A stretch of DNA of 64,000 nt, taken from positions 36,273,407-36,337,406 of the forward strand of contig NC_068993.1 of assembly GCF_001194135.2 (NCBI RefSeq), in the 5' to 3' direction. Both the position numbers and the translations under genes were made by a program. Below the pieces are notes generated by a model. That model saw only the letters and a program-made list of their open reading frames with translations, did not search any database and was not told where the DNA came from. The first letter of the stretch is position 1; every line of letters begins with the position of its first letter. Shown piece by piece: positions 12,856 through 26,295 of this stretch. This DNA is from Octopus bimaculoides (taxonomy: Eukaryota).

Positions 12856-13879
12856 NNNNNNNNNNNNNNNNNNNNNNNNNNNNNNNNNNNNNNNNNNNNN
12901 NNNNNNNNNNNNNNNNNNNNNNNNNNNNNNNNNNNNNNNNNNNNNNNNNNNNNNNNNNNNNNNNNNNNNNNNNNNNNNNNNNNNNNNNNNNNNNNNNNNN
13001 NNNNNNNNNNNNNNNNNNNNNNNNNNNNNNNNNNNNNNNNNNNNNNNNNNNNNNNNNNNNNNNNNNNNNNNNNNNNNNNNNNNNNNNNNNNNNNNNNNNN
13101 NNNNNNNNNNNNNNNNNNNNNNNNNNNNNNNNNNNNNNNNNNNNNNNNNNNNNNNNNNNNNNNNNNNNNNNNNNNNNNNNNNNNNNNNNNNNNNNNNNNN
13201 NNNNNNNNNNNNNNNNNNNNNNNNNNNNNNNNNNNNNNNNNNNNNNNNNNNNNNNNNNNNNNNNNNNNNNNNNNNNNNNNNNNNNNNNNNNNNNNNNNNN
13301 NNNNNNNNNNNNNNNNNNNNNNNNNNNNNNNNNNNNNNTATATATATATATATATATATGTGTGTATATATATATATACACAAACATATTTACATATAGC
13401 ATTAAAAATAGAGAATATTATGAAATTTCTTGACTCGACGGCTGTTTCAGGAACCTCAGAGTTACGTAATAAATGTAACAATCGTAATTTGTAGATGGAA
13501 TATGTGAAAAGTCTTGAATATACAACCGGTAAACAGTCACTCGAAGATATTACAATAAGTTCGTCTCTCCTTAGATATGCTAGCAACATTTTCTTTCTCC
13601 TTTCTGTTTGTACCATTTTCTCCCTATCTCAGCATACCTTCTTCCTCTGCTACTCCCACCCCTACCATTTTCCTTCATTGCTTATTGTCTCTAGTCTCTC
13701 CATCTGACTGATTTATTGTCTGCTTAGTGCGATTCCCTTACACTCTCTTCCTCTGTTTGTTTCTTCTATTCTACCACTGCTCATTCTCCCTCCTCACCAC
13801 CGCTATGTCGTAGAAATCCACCTCCCTCTCTCTGCCTTTTGTTCTTGCTCTTCTTCCTCTCTCCCTTCGACCACTCATC

Positions 13880-14340
13880 GGTCAGAGGCTCAAACGCACT
13901 TTCGCGCCTTAACGACAATATTGATCATCTTCTGGTGGCGCCGACGGCGAAACACCACCGGAAATTGGCAAGCCAAAAAACAAGACAGAAAATGAACAAA
14001 CAGACGAGAAATAAATAACTATGCGATGTTGAAAGTTAACATACAAATGTGGAATAAATATAATTCAAGGCGAGACAATTAGTGAACAGACGAGTGACAG
14101 AGACGAAACCAAACAGGATGACTGTAAGCATACGAACAAACTGAAACAAATAAACAAAACAAAAATAAGGTCTTAGGGCCAGGCAGAAGACGAAAATAGT
14201 CAACGCCGGGAGAATATCCTAAAGGATTAACAGAAGGTGACTAGAGTGGGAGATGAGAGAAAATACGACCGCTTGCTACGGTAGCCGGCGTGGAAAGGAA
14301 GAAGATAAGACGATGACCACAGGTCACATGTCTGTAGTAG
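13880..14340 (-). mobile_element. Penelope-like 3' end / pseudo-LTR remnant
   Basis: Minus strand has ..HRLIFFLST.. (cf. EQRLIFSLGTL) and a decayed hammerhead cagaagatgatc...gcgcgaaagt; related to 6110-6590. Confidence 0.4.
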
Positions 14341-14940
14341 GAAGCGGGAAACGGTAGAGGGCAGAGAGACACACACAGAGCAGAGAAGAAAGGTGAAAGA
14401 GCGTGACAGATAGCAGCATAGAAGGAAGGGGGTAAAGTGAAAGAGTGAGAGCGGGGAGATACAAATTTGTATGCAAAAGTGGATACAAATATATAAATAT
14501 AGGGTTTGCTAGCTAGCTAGACAGACAGACAGACAGACTGACAGACTGACAGGCAGGCAGGCAGATAGATAGATAGAAGTATTTTGGAGGCGAAATTTGC
14601 ATCATTAATAAATATGTATGAAGGTAACTCAAAGGGGCCTATGGTATGAACGTGAGTAATTAAGTTAAATTCTGATGTACTGTATACCAAACAATAAATT
14701 AACTGGCCGACAAATTCTAACTTTTATTTCTGCCGACCTAAGTTTGAAACCTCTTTTGGGGGTAATTTGGGGTCACTGAGTTTAAAAATAGCAATAGTTT
14801 TTTTTTCTATCACGTCTATTTTTCTTTTTTTTTTATGGGCTGGCCCATATTGTCCCCACCCGTAGCTCCATGTTTGAAAATTTTGAATTTCCATGACTTT
14901 TTTTTTATATATATATGGGTGTTTTACAGTACCAAGTTAA

Positions 14941-15453
14941 AGAATGAACGTTAGTGACATTGTGAAAAGATCCCGCTTGGTTTACTTAAAGATTAAAGTT
15001 GGTGATCAGGATAAATCGTGGGCCCGCACAATATATGTAAACCCTGAGTCGAAAATCTACGCCAATGGACAAAGGGCATTCCTATGATATGGTGGGAGCC
15101 AAAGAAATATATAAAAGATTGCTACTTTTGTCTCACAAAGACTTCTGGTTATAGCAAGAGAATGTGACAGAAAATAAGTTATCCAAATCTGGGTTCAGCA
15201 ATTCATCCAGTGCTTCACTCCGATGGAATACCAGTACCCGTTTTCAAGGATCTATCTTCACTGCACGGTGAAAGTGATATATGTGAAGTAGATGTAAATC
15301 CTGAACATGACAGTGATTAGACTTTGTAGAAACATCAACCAAAGAACGTGAAAACTTCAACCGGGCAAAACTTAATGATTTAGTTAGAGACCTAGGACTG
15401 TCAACAGAGTTATCAGAACTGTTAGGTTCTAGGCTTAAACAGAAGAATTTATT
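14941..15453 (+). pseudogene. Chapaev3 (CMC superfamily) transposase N-terminal fragment with stops and frameshift
   Basis: Translates RMNVSDIVKRSRLVYLKIKVGDQDKSWA/HNICKP*VENLRQWTKG..IPMIWWEPKKYIKDCYFC..YPNLGSAIHPVLHSD..FNRAKLNDLVRDLGLSTELSELLGSRLKQKNLL. These are motifs I recall from Chapaev3 transposases. Confidence 0.72.
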
Positions 15454-15660
15454 ACCTTTGCAAGTTTAAAGTGATTTCTTTTGCGCCGTAAACCATTTTC
15501 ATTTATATGCCCCCCCCCCTCGTCCCTTGATGCCCTAAACACGTGCTTATTTTGTTTAATGGGTTAAATCCAGCGCTGGGGAGACTTGCAGTGTCAATCA
15601 CTTAAAAGCTCAGAAACTGGCATTAACTCCAGCTCAAGGACACGAGAGGTTTGCGACAGA

Positions 15661-15705
<45 letters not shown>

Positions 15706-17321
15706 ATGTGTGCGCATGTGTGTGCGTCCATTAAAGATGAATAAATGTATATCAAATAACATACAATTTCTACCTTGGTTTATTGAAACTATCTGGCCTT
15801 CGAGATAACTTCATACATACACACATGCATACACACACACACATACGCGCGCGCGCGCGTATTTCAAAGAATTACAAAGAATACAAAGACTGGTACATCA
15901 TCCAATTTATCTTTTAATTTTGCAGTTGGTCATACAGCATAACTAATTGGTTAACATGACCGACACGTGTTTCTGCTACACAGAATTTGTGCAGTAAGTA
16001 TTCAAGCATGTATGTATGTATGTATGTATTATGTATGTGTGTATGTATGTATGTATGTATGTATGTATGTGCGTGCGTGTGTGTCTCTGTGTGCATGTAT
16101 GTATGTGTGTATGTATGTATGTATGTGTGTATGACCTAGCCGACAACAGTGATTTGTTATCTAATTATCTAATTATCTAATATATGGAATCCATCGAGCG
16201 AAACGTGTGGAGTCTTCATAAATTGTCATTAATTATTCCGTAAAAGCAACCGAGATAACGACGCTCATAGAACAACGACCTCTTTATCCTTTTCGGTCTG
16301 TTGATTCAAGTTTTATTGGTGAATGGAGATCGCATGGGTGCTCACGTGATAGAACCTACTTTAAAAAGTGAAAATATATGTTACTTTAATTTGGAGATAA
16401 ATTTTTTTAAATACTTTTTTTTTAATATTTTCTAATTAAAAGTTCTTCCGAATCTACAATCAAAATATTTTTGATAATATATCATTTTAGTTTATATTTC
16501 GTTTTTTTTTCTTTTACTTTGTTTTTATTGTGCGTGCTAGAATGTTGATATCTTCCATAGAACTTAACTCAGTAATTCCTAACCATTTCCATGCTCCACA
16601 ACCCCAGGAATGCTTAATTCTTGCAACCCTCACAAAAGCAATGCCACATTTGAAAGTGAAATAATTTTCTAGCAACTAATTAATTTTTATAATTAAAACT
16701 GTGTATAGAGCTGTGAGCAAACAAACTGATATTTGAAACATATTTTAACTTGTTAATATTTTTTCACGGTAGTTTGCCGCGGAGAAAAAATTCTCGCTCA
16801 AAACAGATAGGTGTTAGAATACTTTAGTCAGCCCAGAGCGTCCTATATGGTTATATGAATTGGTGGGTGCATTTCGGACTCTTTAGTACTCCTCAAGACC
16901 AAGAGAGGCAATCTTGAGCTAACTGGAAATCGTTGTTTTCTTTATCAGAAATCTGTAAATATTATTTGCTGATTGCGCCTTAAACTTGTCACAAAGTATC
17001 AGTAATTCAAATGACTTTATATTATTACATACGACCGGTGCTACGAATGATCATTGCGCGATGCAGTGAAGGAGATTCTGAGCGGTCAGTCGACTTGAAA
17101 GACATATCGACCAATGTCATCGATCACAAACAATGTTGGCTATCAAGGTTGACATGGAACTAAACAACAATAGCAATGATGTCGTATCCATGTAGTTTAG
17201 GCCGATATTTCTTTTTTCTCACAGCCTCGTTTTCATCTTCCTCTAAACCCCACATGGGCAACCTTTTTCAAGAAGCAGGTTGCATGAAGCGGGGCTCATC
17301 ATCAGGAAGGCCATGAACGGT

Positions 17322-17615
17322 ACTCCATCGGTTACGACAATGAGGGTTCCAGTTGATCCGATCAACGAAATAGCTTGCTCGTGAAATTAACGTGCAAGTG
17401 GCTGAGCACTCCACGTTAAAGTAGTTCTCAGGGAGATTCAGTGTGACACCGGTGACTAAGCTGGACCTTTGAATTACATGTACAACTCTTTTTTGCTGGG
17501 TGAGTGGACTGGTGCAACGTGAAATAAAGTGTCTTGCTCAAGTGCACAATGCGCCGCCGGGAATCGAACTCACGAGCTTACGCCCAGAAAGTCCTGCGGA
17601 CCGCTAGTTTCCCAT
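17322..17615 (-). mobile_element. tRNA-headed SINE with RTE-like tail (third family)
   Basis: Shares ggttccagttgatccgatcaacg...gtgaaattaacgtgcaagtggctgagcactccac with 22852-23528; gggaatcgaact is the reverse B-box. Confidence 0.8.
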
Positions 17616-17640
17616 CACTGCTCTAAAATATATGACTTTT

Positions 17641-17790
17641 GTGACATGGCAAAGAAGCTCGTTTGCAACCACGGGAGTTCAGTCCCACTACGCGACCCTG
17701 GGCAAGTGTCTTCTGACGTATCCCAGGTTGGTCAATATTTTGTGAGTGAATTTGGTAGACGGAAACTGTGCATCTCTATGAAGCCATCGT
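17641..17790 (+). mobile_element. CORE-like SINE head, diverged
   Basis: gttcagtcccactacgcgaccctgggcaagtgtcttct...gtgagtgaatttggtagacggaaactg. Confidence 0.8.
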
Positions 17791-18147
17791 ATATACATAC
17801 ATAACGCGACGCATCCATTTCCAAGTAAGTTATATATATATATATATAAAACTTACTTGGAAGCAGTATTAAATTAAAACCAGCTATATATCATATTTAA
17901 TGTATATATACTGTTAATAAGCCAGTTATTGCTGTATTCATCCTAAGATAACATTTCTTAGGGACGTGCTGTGTTAAAAACATAACTATTGGAGAAAGAC
18001 CAAAAATCGACCCATCAGTGGCTAGCGAGAACACCAGATGCAATTTCGGCCTTTTGGAGCCTTGTCATAAAGTGTTCCCGTTGCCAGTCACATGCCTGGA
18101 CGGAAATTTGTCACCTCCGAAACAAAAAGCTATAGATTCTAATTATC

Positions 18148-18550
18148 TTTTTTACTTTTACTTGTTTCAGTCATGTGACTGTGGCCATGGTGGAGCACCG
18201 ACTTTAGTCGAGCAAATCGACTCGAGAACTTATTCTTTGTAAGCCTAGTACTAATTCTATCAGTCTCTTTTGCTGAACTGCTAAGTTACGGGGACGTAAA
18301 CACACCAGCATCGGTTGTCAAGCGATGTTGGGGGGACAAACACAGACACACAAACATTACACATACATACATATATATACATATATACGACAGGCTTCTT
18401 TCAGTTTCCGTCTAACAAATCCACTCACAAGGCTTTGGTCGGCCAGAGGGTATAGTAGAAGACACTTGCCCAAGGTGCCACGCAGTGGGACTGAACCCGG
18501 AATCATGTGGTTGGTAAGCAAGCTACTTACCACACAGCCACTCCTACGCC
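18148..18550 (-). mobile_element. Full-length CORE-like SINE (octopus OR-type) with internal microsatellite
   Basis: Minus strand reads ggcgtaggagtggctgtgtggtaag (A box), gggttcagtccc (B box), accttgggcaagtg (CORE-like), microsatellite, then a tail ending tgactgaaacaagtaaaag. Confidence 0.9.
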
Positions 18551-20479
18551 TATATTAATTATTTTTATAAGCATTAAACTAATTTTTCCGATATTCTATT
18601 GCAATACTTGGACGTTCTGCCAAGAACTAAAAAGAACAAGTATGACTTACTATTTCAAAAGTTGTACCTTTATGCAAGCTATCTGTTCTCTAGATGTGAA
18701 AACTTGTGGCTTATATCTCGGCACAAATAGACATTCGCCTTTATATATGAAGCTACGTGATGTGTGAAGGTGCAAGAACGTTAACATCGTGTTGTTATAT
18801 GAGTGGTTGTACACTGTACAAACTGTCCGTGATTGTTATCGTTAACAGCAACTCATTTCTGTCAAGTCTCATTTCAGTTCTGTGATGCACTTTTATCGAC
18901 AATTTTTTATCTATTTACCAGAGGAAACATGTGTTTATCTACTACTGACTGAATCTCATGTATCTGTTGACTGACTTCTTGTCCGTCAGTCTGTCAGTGA
19001 GTCTGGGTGTCTGTTTCTGTCTGTGAGTCTGTCTCTAAACCAAATTTAGTGTGTTAATATTTGCTTGTTTCCTCGAAGCATTTGTTTTTTTCCATTTTGA
19101 TAATGTTTTTCACACCATTTTGTTTCACACCTCACTGACATCAACAAACAAAACATACTTTACAAAGATTGCTGAAAAACCCACGTCACACATTCTTTGA
19201 TGTTGTTGTCGTTGTTCTTGTTTAACCCCAGGTAAGTTCTTATCCAATAGACTTATAATCAAAGATACTCAAGCCGTGATCATATCATTTTTTCAGGCCT
19301 AGTCCCTCTCAGGCTACAATATCCAACGAACGATCATGTAGAGTAGAGAGTCCTAGCCTGAGTTGTCTGTAATTTCTGGGATTATGTGAATGGCATTTCA
19401 AGGCCTGTGGCAATGATGGAAAGTATATAGTTTATTAAAATTGCATTCTAGAATAAAATTATTATGGTATTTGATGGGTTGAAAGACGCACGGGCATATG
19501 AGACGCATCCCAATTTCAGTGGCGCATATTCAGGGGAAAAAGATTTACACGCATTAAGGCGTGTACTATTTAAAACAACTTCGCATACAGGACCCAGGAT
19601 GATTTTATGAGACATATTTTAGTGTTTCTTATATGTCATCAAATGCGGTAATTAACTCTTTAAAGAAACGTTATTGTATTAAACATAACGACTTATTCTA
19701 GAAATGTTTTAACCCTTATGACATTATGACTAAGAACTGTGTCTTCATTCCATTTACAACGACAAACATACGTGAATCTGGATTTAGTTGCCTTTTATGG
19801 CTATTTGGTGCTCTACTAAATCACCTATGTTTCTTTTAATTATGAAATATTTCAAATATAAACAGAATGAATAATATATCATAAACATTAATTTTCCTGT
19901 AAATTGTTGTTACAGAAGTTGAAATTTAAAGTTTGTTTGTTGGATAATGAGTACTGGAAACTTATCACTTTCCATCTGTAAAGAGAAAAAAAGCAAACAA
20001 TTTCTTTCGGGTAAATACAGAAGTGTTTTTTAAAAAGGTTCTAAAAGATCTTTGATTGCTAATGGTCAAGGACTCTCGAGATTTGGTCTTCAAGAGCAAG
20101 GAACTTGAGATTTCAAATTAAAATCTTGTTTTTGTTATTAAATTCTATGATTCATATTTAAGAATATATTGAACTTGTATTTATGTCAACTACAACTGAA
20201 AGTAAAATCTTAATTTGCTTTAGCTTTCGCAATAACAATATCGTCTGTTTCCGCCGTCAGCTATCAAAGAGAGGAAATGAATAGTTTAGAGAAGCTGCGA
20301 AATTTACATAATTTTATTTCTCCGGCCAAATGAATAGTGCACCAATAAACATCGAGATGTCTTTCAAACAAATATTTACCAATTATTAGAAAAAGCGAGA
20401 CAGAATATTCGATTTATTGTTCTTTCTTTACTTTAAAACTCATTGCATCTCATCTTTCGCCATTATTCTCAATGTCTTT

Positions 20480-20522
20480 GTCTGATAGTCTCTCTTTTCT
20501 CACTCTCTCTCTCTCTCTTTCA

Positions 20523-20574
<52 letters not shown>

Positions 20575-20581
20575 ATCTATC

Positions 20582-20630
<49 letters not shown>

Positions 20631-20800
20631 CCTTAATGTCTCTCTTTCAGTCAATTTTCTTCTTCTTCTTCTTCTTCTTCTTCTTCTTCTTCTTCTTCTT
20701 CTTCTTCTTCTTCTTCTTCTTCTTCTTCCTCTTTTATCTCTGTCTAAGAAAGTCTGTCTATTTATTTGCTGTCTGATTGTCTCACTCTGTATTTGTCTAC

Positions 20801-20831
<31 letters not shown>

Positions 20832-20990
20832 TCTACCTATCTATCTATCTATCTACCTATCTATTTATTCATTCCTCCATAGATAGATAGAGATACATAC
20901 ATACATACATACATACATACACACACACAAACATACATACATACATACATACATACATACATACATACATACATACATGCATACATACAT
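20480..20990. repeat. Compound microsatellite (CT)n/(TATC)n/(CTT)n/(ACAT)n
   Basis: Direct reading. Confidence 0.95.
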
Positions 20991-21167
20991 ATTATATAGC
21001 TACACAAAAACAGTCGTTACCGAAAAAGGTCATCAGTCACTTCGTCAAACTGTCGCAGGCAGCTAAGCCGGAACCTCGAAATATAGTCAAGCTTTTCTTT
21101 GACTACAAAATAGATATATCCTTAAAAAAATTTATTGACTCTTCAATTTAACATTTGACTGTCTTTA

Positions 21168-22212
21168 TCTATATTATATATAAAACAGAGATGTGTGTGT
21201 AATCGCTTTTCACGTGAAACCGACTTCACCAAATGCTTCCATACTTGTCATGCATGAATAATTTGACCTCGGATAAATCTTAGGCTCTTCATTTGATTTC
21301 TTTAATTAAAAATAAATAATATTGCTTTATATTTAAGATTCACTTCTTTAAAAAGGTTCCTCAATGTCAACTTCCGGTATTGACGTAACAACGACAAAAA
21401 GCTTCACTCTCTATTTTGTGTGTGAGTGTGTGTGTTCGTGTGTNNNNNNNNNNNNNNNNNNNNNNNNNNNNNNNNNNNNNNNNNNNNNNNNNNNNNNNNN
21501 NNNNNNNNNNNNNNNNNNNNNNNNNNNNNNNNNNNNNNNNNNNNNNNNNNNNNNNNNNNNNNNNNNNNNNNNNNNNNNNNNNNNNNNNNNNNNNNNNNNN
21601 NNNNNNNNNNNNNNNNNNNNNNNNNNNNNNNNNNNNNNNNNNNNNNNNNNNNNNNNNNNNNNNNNNNNNNNNNNNNNNNNNNNNNNNNNNNNNNNNNNNN
21701 NNNNNNNNNNNNNNNNNNNNNNNNNNNNNNNNNNNNNNNNNNNNNNNNNNNNNNNNNNNNNNNNNNNNNNNNNNNNNNNNNNNNNNNNNNNNNNNNNNNN
21801 NNNNNNNNNNNNNNNNNNNNNNNNNNNNNNNNNNNNNNNNNNNNNNNNNNNNNNNNNNNNNNNNNNNNNNNNNNNNNNNNNNNNNNNNNNNNNNNNNNNN
21901 NNNNNNNNNNNNNNNNNNNNNNNNNNNNNNNNNNNNNNNNNNNNNNNNNNNNNNNNNNCTTGTGAGGATTTTCACGTAAATCATTTCTTTCATTTAATCC
22001 CCATTTTAATTTTCGTAAAAGTTTCCAAATACCAATGAGGCTTTTTGGCACATCTTCAATTTTCCCCATTCATGAGAGGCGCCCAGCCATCGTTCATCTG
22101 AGAGTCCATCTACAGAATGTCCTCAAATTTCTATACAGCATATTTTGCCTTTTTTTCTTCAAGTATATAAGCAACAATTTCATTCCCGAGCAACGCCGGG
22201 TGCCTCTGCTAG
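21168..22212 (+). mobile_element. Non-autonomous Helitron spanning an assembly gap
   Basis: 5' a|TCTATATTATATATAAAA; 3' hairpin cccgagcaacgccggg then CTAG|t (A^T target); internal FPIHERRPAIVHLRVHL remnant resembling RepHel. Confidence 0.8.
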
Positions 22213-22559
22213 TATATAATACTACATAAAACAAGCGCACGCACGCACACACAGACACGCGCACACACACATACATACATACATACATACATACATACCC
22301 GTCTGGAGCAAAGTATGACTGAACTTGGGATCTTGGAGAGAGGATGCAAATCCTTAATTCATATGCTACAAATGGTCACGATATCTGGGACTATATAAAT
22401 CTGCAAGACTTTAAGATCCAAAGGATGATGGTTAAAACAAGATACTTTCCTTCCCAACCTTGCGACCATGTAGGTGGCCGGTCGAAATTTACTCTAAAAT
22501 TAAAAAGAGAAAGTGAGTAACATGCATACGTATATATGTGTGTGTGCGTGTACATATAT

Positions 22560-22622
<63 letters not shown>

Positions 22623-22696
22623 CATGCATACATACATACATACATACATACATACATACATACATACATACATACATACATACATACATACATACA

Positions 22697-22842
22697 TAGT
22701 GAGAATTTACAAAAAACAAAAGACGAAGACGGGTGTGTAAACAACAAACAGCTTAATGCTCAGGGAGTGAGAAATACTTTTGACAGAAAGGAACGCAGAA
22801 ATAAACAGGGAGAGAAAATAGAAAAAAGGTTTAGTGGCTATA
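22697..22842 (-). mobile_element. Penelope-type mini element, copy lacking the hammerhead core
   Basis: Homologous to 34557-34752 but the acgtttcgagcctacgctcttca segment is missing. Confidence 0.65.
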
Positions 22843-22851
22843 CATTGTTGT

Positions 22852-23528
22852 TGGCACTCCGTCGCTTACGACGTCGAGGGTTCCAGTTGATCCTATCAAC
22901 GGAACAGCCTGCTCGTGAAATTAACGTGCAAGTGGATGAGCACTCCACAGACACATGTACCCTTAACGTAGTTCTCGGGATATACAGCGTGACACAGTGT
23001 GACAAGGCTGACCCTTTGAATTACAGGCACAACAGAAACGGGAAGTAAGAGCGAGAGAAAGTTGTGGTGAAAGAGTACAGCAGGGTTCGCCACCATCCCC
23101 TGCCGGAGCCTCGTGGAGCNNNNNNNNNNNNNNNNNNNNNNNNNNNNNNNNNNNNNNNNNNNNNNNNNNNNNNNNNNNNNNNNNNNNNNNNNNNNNNNNN
23201 NNNNNNNNNNNNNNNNNNNNNNNNNNNNNNNNNNNNNNNNNNNNNNNNNNNNNNNNNNNNNNNNNNNNNNNNNNNNNNNNNNNNNNNNNNNNNNNNNNNN
23301 NNNNNNNNNNNNNNNNNNNNNNNNNNNNNNNNNNNNNNNNNNNNNNNNNNNNNNNNNNNNNNNNNNNNNNNNNNNNNNNNNNNNNNNNNNNNNNNNNNNN
23401 NNNNNNNNNNNNNNNNNNNNNNNNNNAGGTGTTTTCGCTCAATAAACTCACAACGCCCGGTCTGGGAATCGAAACCGCGATCCTATGACCGCGAGTCCGC
23501 TGACCTAACCACTGGGCCATTGCGCCTC
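22852..23528 (-). mobile_element. tRNA-headed SINE with RTE-like tail, full length across gap
   Basis: Minus strand head ggcgcaatggcccagtggttagg...ggtttcgattcccag; body shared with 17322-17615. Confidence 0.85.
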
Positions 23529-23570
23529 ACAGTGGCTATACATACGTACGTACGTACGTACGTACGTACA

Positions 23571-23601
<31 letters not shown>

Positions 23602-24102
23602 TATTTGTGTCTGCTTCTATCTATAGGCGGTTTCTTGCTCTAGCAATCCTACATTTGTAGATTCTTATTGTCTTTGTAATCAGTGTATCAACAGTGTACA
23701 GTCCACTTAACGGTTTCTGCAGACAACAGAACAATCAGAACAGATAACAATCAGAACACAACTTTATCAATACATTTTACTCGATTCTCTGTAAAGTATA
23801 CATATGAAATTCTGAATGATCTTTCTTGGAAAAATCTTGACATAAGCAAAAGGTTGTTGGTGTGGGACATTGTATGGGGGTATCACATTTTCCTCGGTTG
23901 GTGGTGGTCTTTTTTCTTTTTTTTTCTTACTTGTTCGGTCATTTGATTGCGGCAATACTTGGACGCCGTCTTGAAGAGTTTTAGTGGAACAAATCGCCCC
24001 AAAACATTTTTTTTTAAACCTAGCACTTATCCTATCGGTCTCTTTTGCCGAACCGCCAGGTTACGGGGACGTAAACACACCAAATCGGTGTGGGGAACAC
24101 AG

Positions 24103-24152
<50 letters not shown>

Positions 24153-25119
24153 GTACATATATATATTTATAAATACACCATATATATACATATATATACA
24201 TACATACATATATATATANNNNNNNNNNNNNNNNNNNNNNNNNNNNNNNNNNNNNNNNNNNNNNNNNNNNNNNNNNNNNNNNNNNNNNNNNNNNNNNNNN
24301 NNNNNNNNNNNNNNNNNNNNNNNNNNNNNNNNNNNNNNNNNNNNNNNNNNNNNNNNNNNNNNNNNNNNNNNNNNNNNNNNNNNNNNNNNNNNNNNNNNNN
24401 NNNNNNNNNNNNNNNNNNNNNNNNNNNNNNNNNNNNNNNNNNNNNNNNNNNNNNNNNNNNNNNNNNNNNNNNNNNNNNNNNNNNNNNNNNNNNNNNNNNN
24501 NNNNNNNNNNNNNNNNNNNNNNNNNNNNNNNNNNNNNNNNNNNNNNNNNNNNNNNNNNNNNNNNNNNNNNNNNNNNNNNNNNNNNNNNNNNNNNNNNNNN
24601 NNNNNNNNNNNNNNNNNNNNNNNNNNNNNNNNNNNNNNNNNNNNNNNNNNNNNNNNNNNNNNNNNNNNNNNNNNNNNNNNNNNNNNNNNNNNNNNNNNNN
24701 NNNNNNNNNNNNNNNNNNNNNNNNNNNNNNNNNNNNNNNNNNNNNNNNNNNNNNNNNNNNNNNNNNNNNNNNNNNNNNNNNNNNNNNNNNNNNNNNNNNN
24801 NNNNNNNNNNNNNNNNNNNNNNNNNNNNNNNNNNNNNNNNNNNNNNNNNNNNNNNNNNNNNNNNNNNNNNNNNNNNNNNNNNNNNNNNNNNNNNNNNNNN
24901 NNNNNNNNNNNNNNNNNNNNNNNNNNNNNNNNNNNNNNNNNNNNNNNNNNNNNNNNNNNNNNNNNNNNNNNNNNNNNNNNNNNNNNNNNNNNNNNNNNNN
25001 NNNNNNNNNNNNNNNNNNNNNNNNNNNNNNNNNNNNNNNNNNNNNNNNNNNNNNNNNNNNNNNNNNNNNNNNNNNNNNNNNNNNNNNNNNNNNNNNNNNN
25101 NNNNNNNNNNNNNNNNNNN

Positions 25120-25200
<81 letters not shown>

Positions 25201-25652
25201 ATGTATGTATGTGTCTTTATCTGTGTGAGAGTGTTTCTTTGCGATGAACAGCAGAAAAGCCACCTACCCCCTCTCTCCTTAAAGCTACGTATTCCTCACT
25301 CCCTTCTGTGTGTGTGTGTGTTGTATCAATGCATTTACGAAAGCATATATACATACTGTATATGACAGCTGTAGTAACGTTATCATCCCATTTTCACCGC
25401 TGTTCTCGCCTTCACTAATATAAATCACCCTCTTTCTGTTACTACCTTTCCTTCAGAATAATACATTTTGCAACCTTCACATTTTACATATAATTCGTCG
25501 AACGTTGCTGGGAAGCACATTATAGATTTTTATTGAAATCCAATCAGCTTATTACTGAACTAGATGTTAGTGTAACATGTATGTAAAGTTTCGTGAATAT
25601 TGGTTCGCAGTCTTAGGCACTAAGATGATAACAGACAAACACAGAAATTGCC

Positions 25653-25689
<37 letters not shown>

Positions 25690-25690
<1 letters not shown>

Positions 25691-25800
25691 GACGGGCTTC
25701 TTTCAGTTTCCGTCTGCCAAATCCACTCAGAAGGCTCCGGTCGGCCTGAGGCTATAGCAGACGACACTTGCCCAAGGTGCCATGCAGTGAGACTGAAACC
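25690..25800 (-). mobile_element. CORE-like SINE head, 5'-truncated
   Basis: gacgggcttctttcagtttccgtctgccaaatccactc...acacttgcccaaggtgcc. Confidence 0.85.
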
Positions 25801-25849
25801 GGATTTTTTTTTTACTTGCCGAGTGCGGCGGAGCGAGCAGTGCTCATGA

Positions 25850-26295
25850 CCTCTGTAGTGCAGGACTGACAGAAGATGGTAGAGGCAACAAGGACGATGA
25901 GAGATGAAGAGATAGTACCCCATGATCATTGCAGGTCCTTCAAGACCAGTGATCTTGATGCTGTTAATGTTCCGTTTTGATTGTTGTAGGTCAATAACGA
26001 CAGGAAATACATGAGCAGGAGAGAAGTTCCAGAGGCATCAATGTTCCGGGGAGGATGAACGGGACATAATGGTTTTTGTTGGTTAGTGCGGAGCTGGTGG
26101 GGGATGCAACAAAAGTGATGAGAGGTAGAAAAACGAATAGGTTGGACAGGGTACGAGACCAACCAGCTTTGAGGAATAAAGGTTATATTAGTAGTAGCGA
26201 TAAAGAAAACAAGAGAGAGGAGACAGTATTCATGTGGAGCCGGGACTGGAGCGTATCTGCTAGTGATTTGATGTCAATCAGTCGAGTGGGTGCAG
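25850..26295 (-). pseudogene. Heavily decayed fragment resembling a Penelope GIY-YIG region
   Basis: Pyrimidine-rich minus strand; frameshifted pieces such as ITGLEG..I and STIFCQSC weakly recall ITGPxG..VIYCIxCxxC. Confidence 0.3.
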
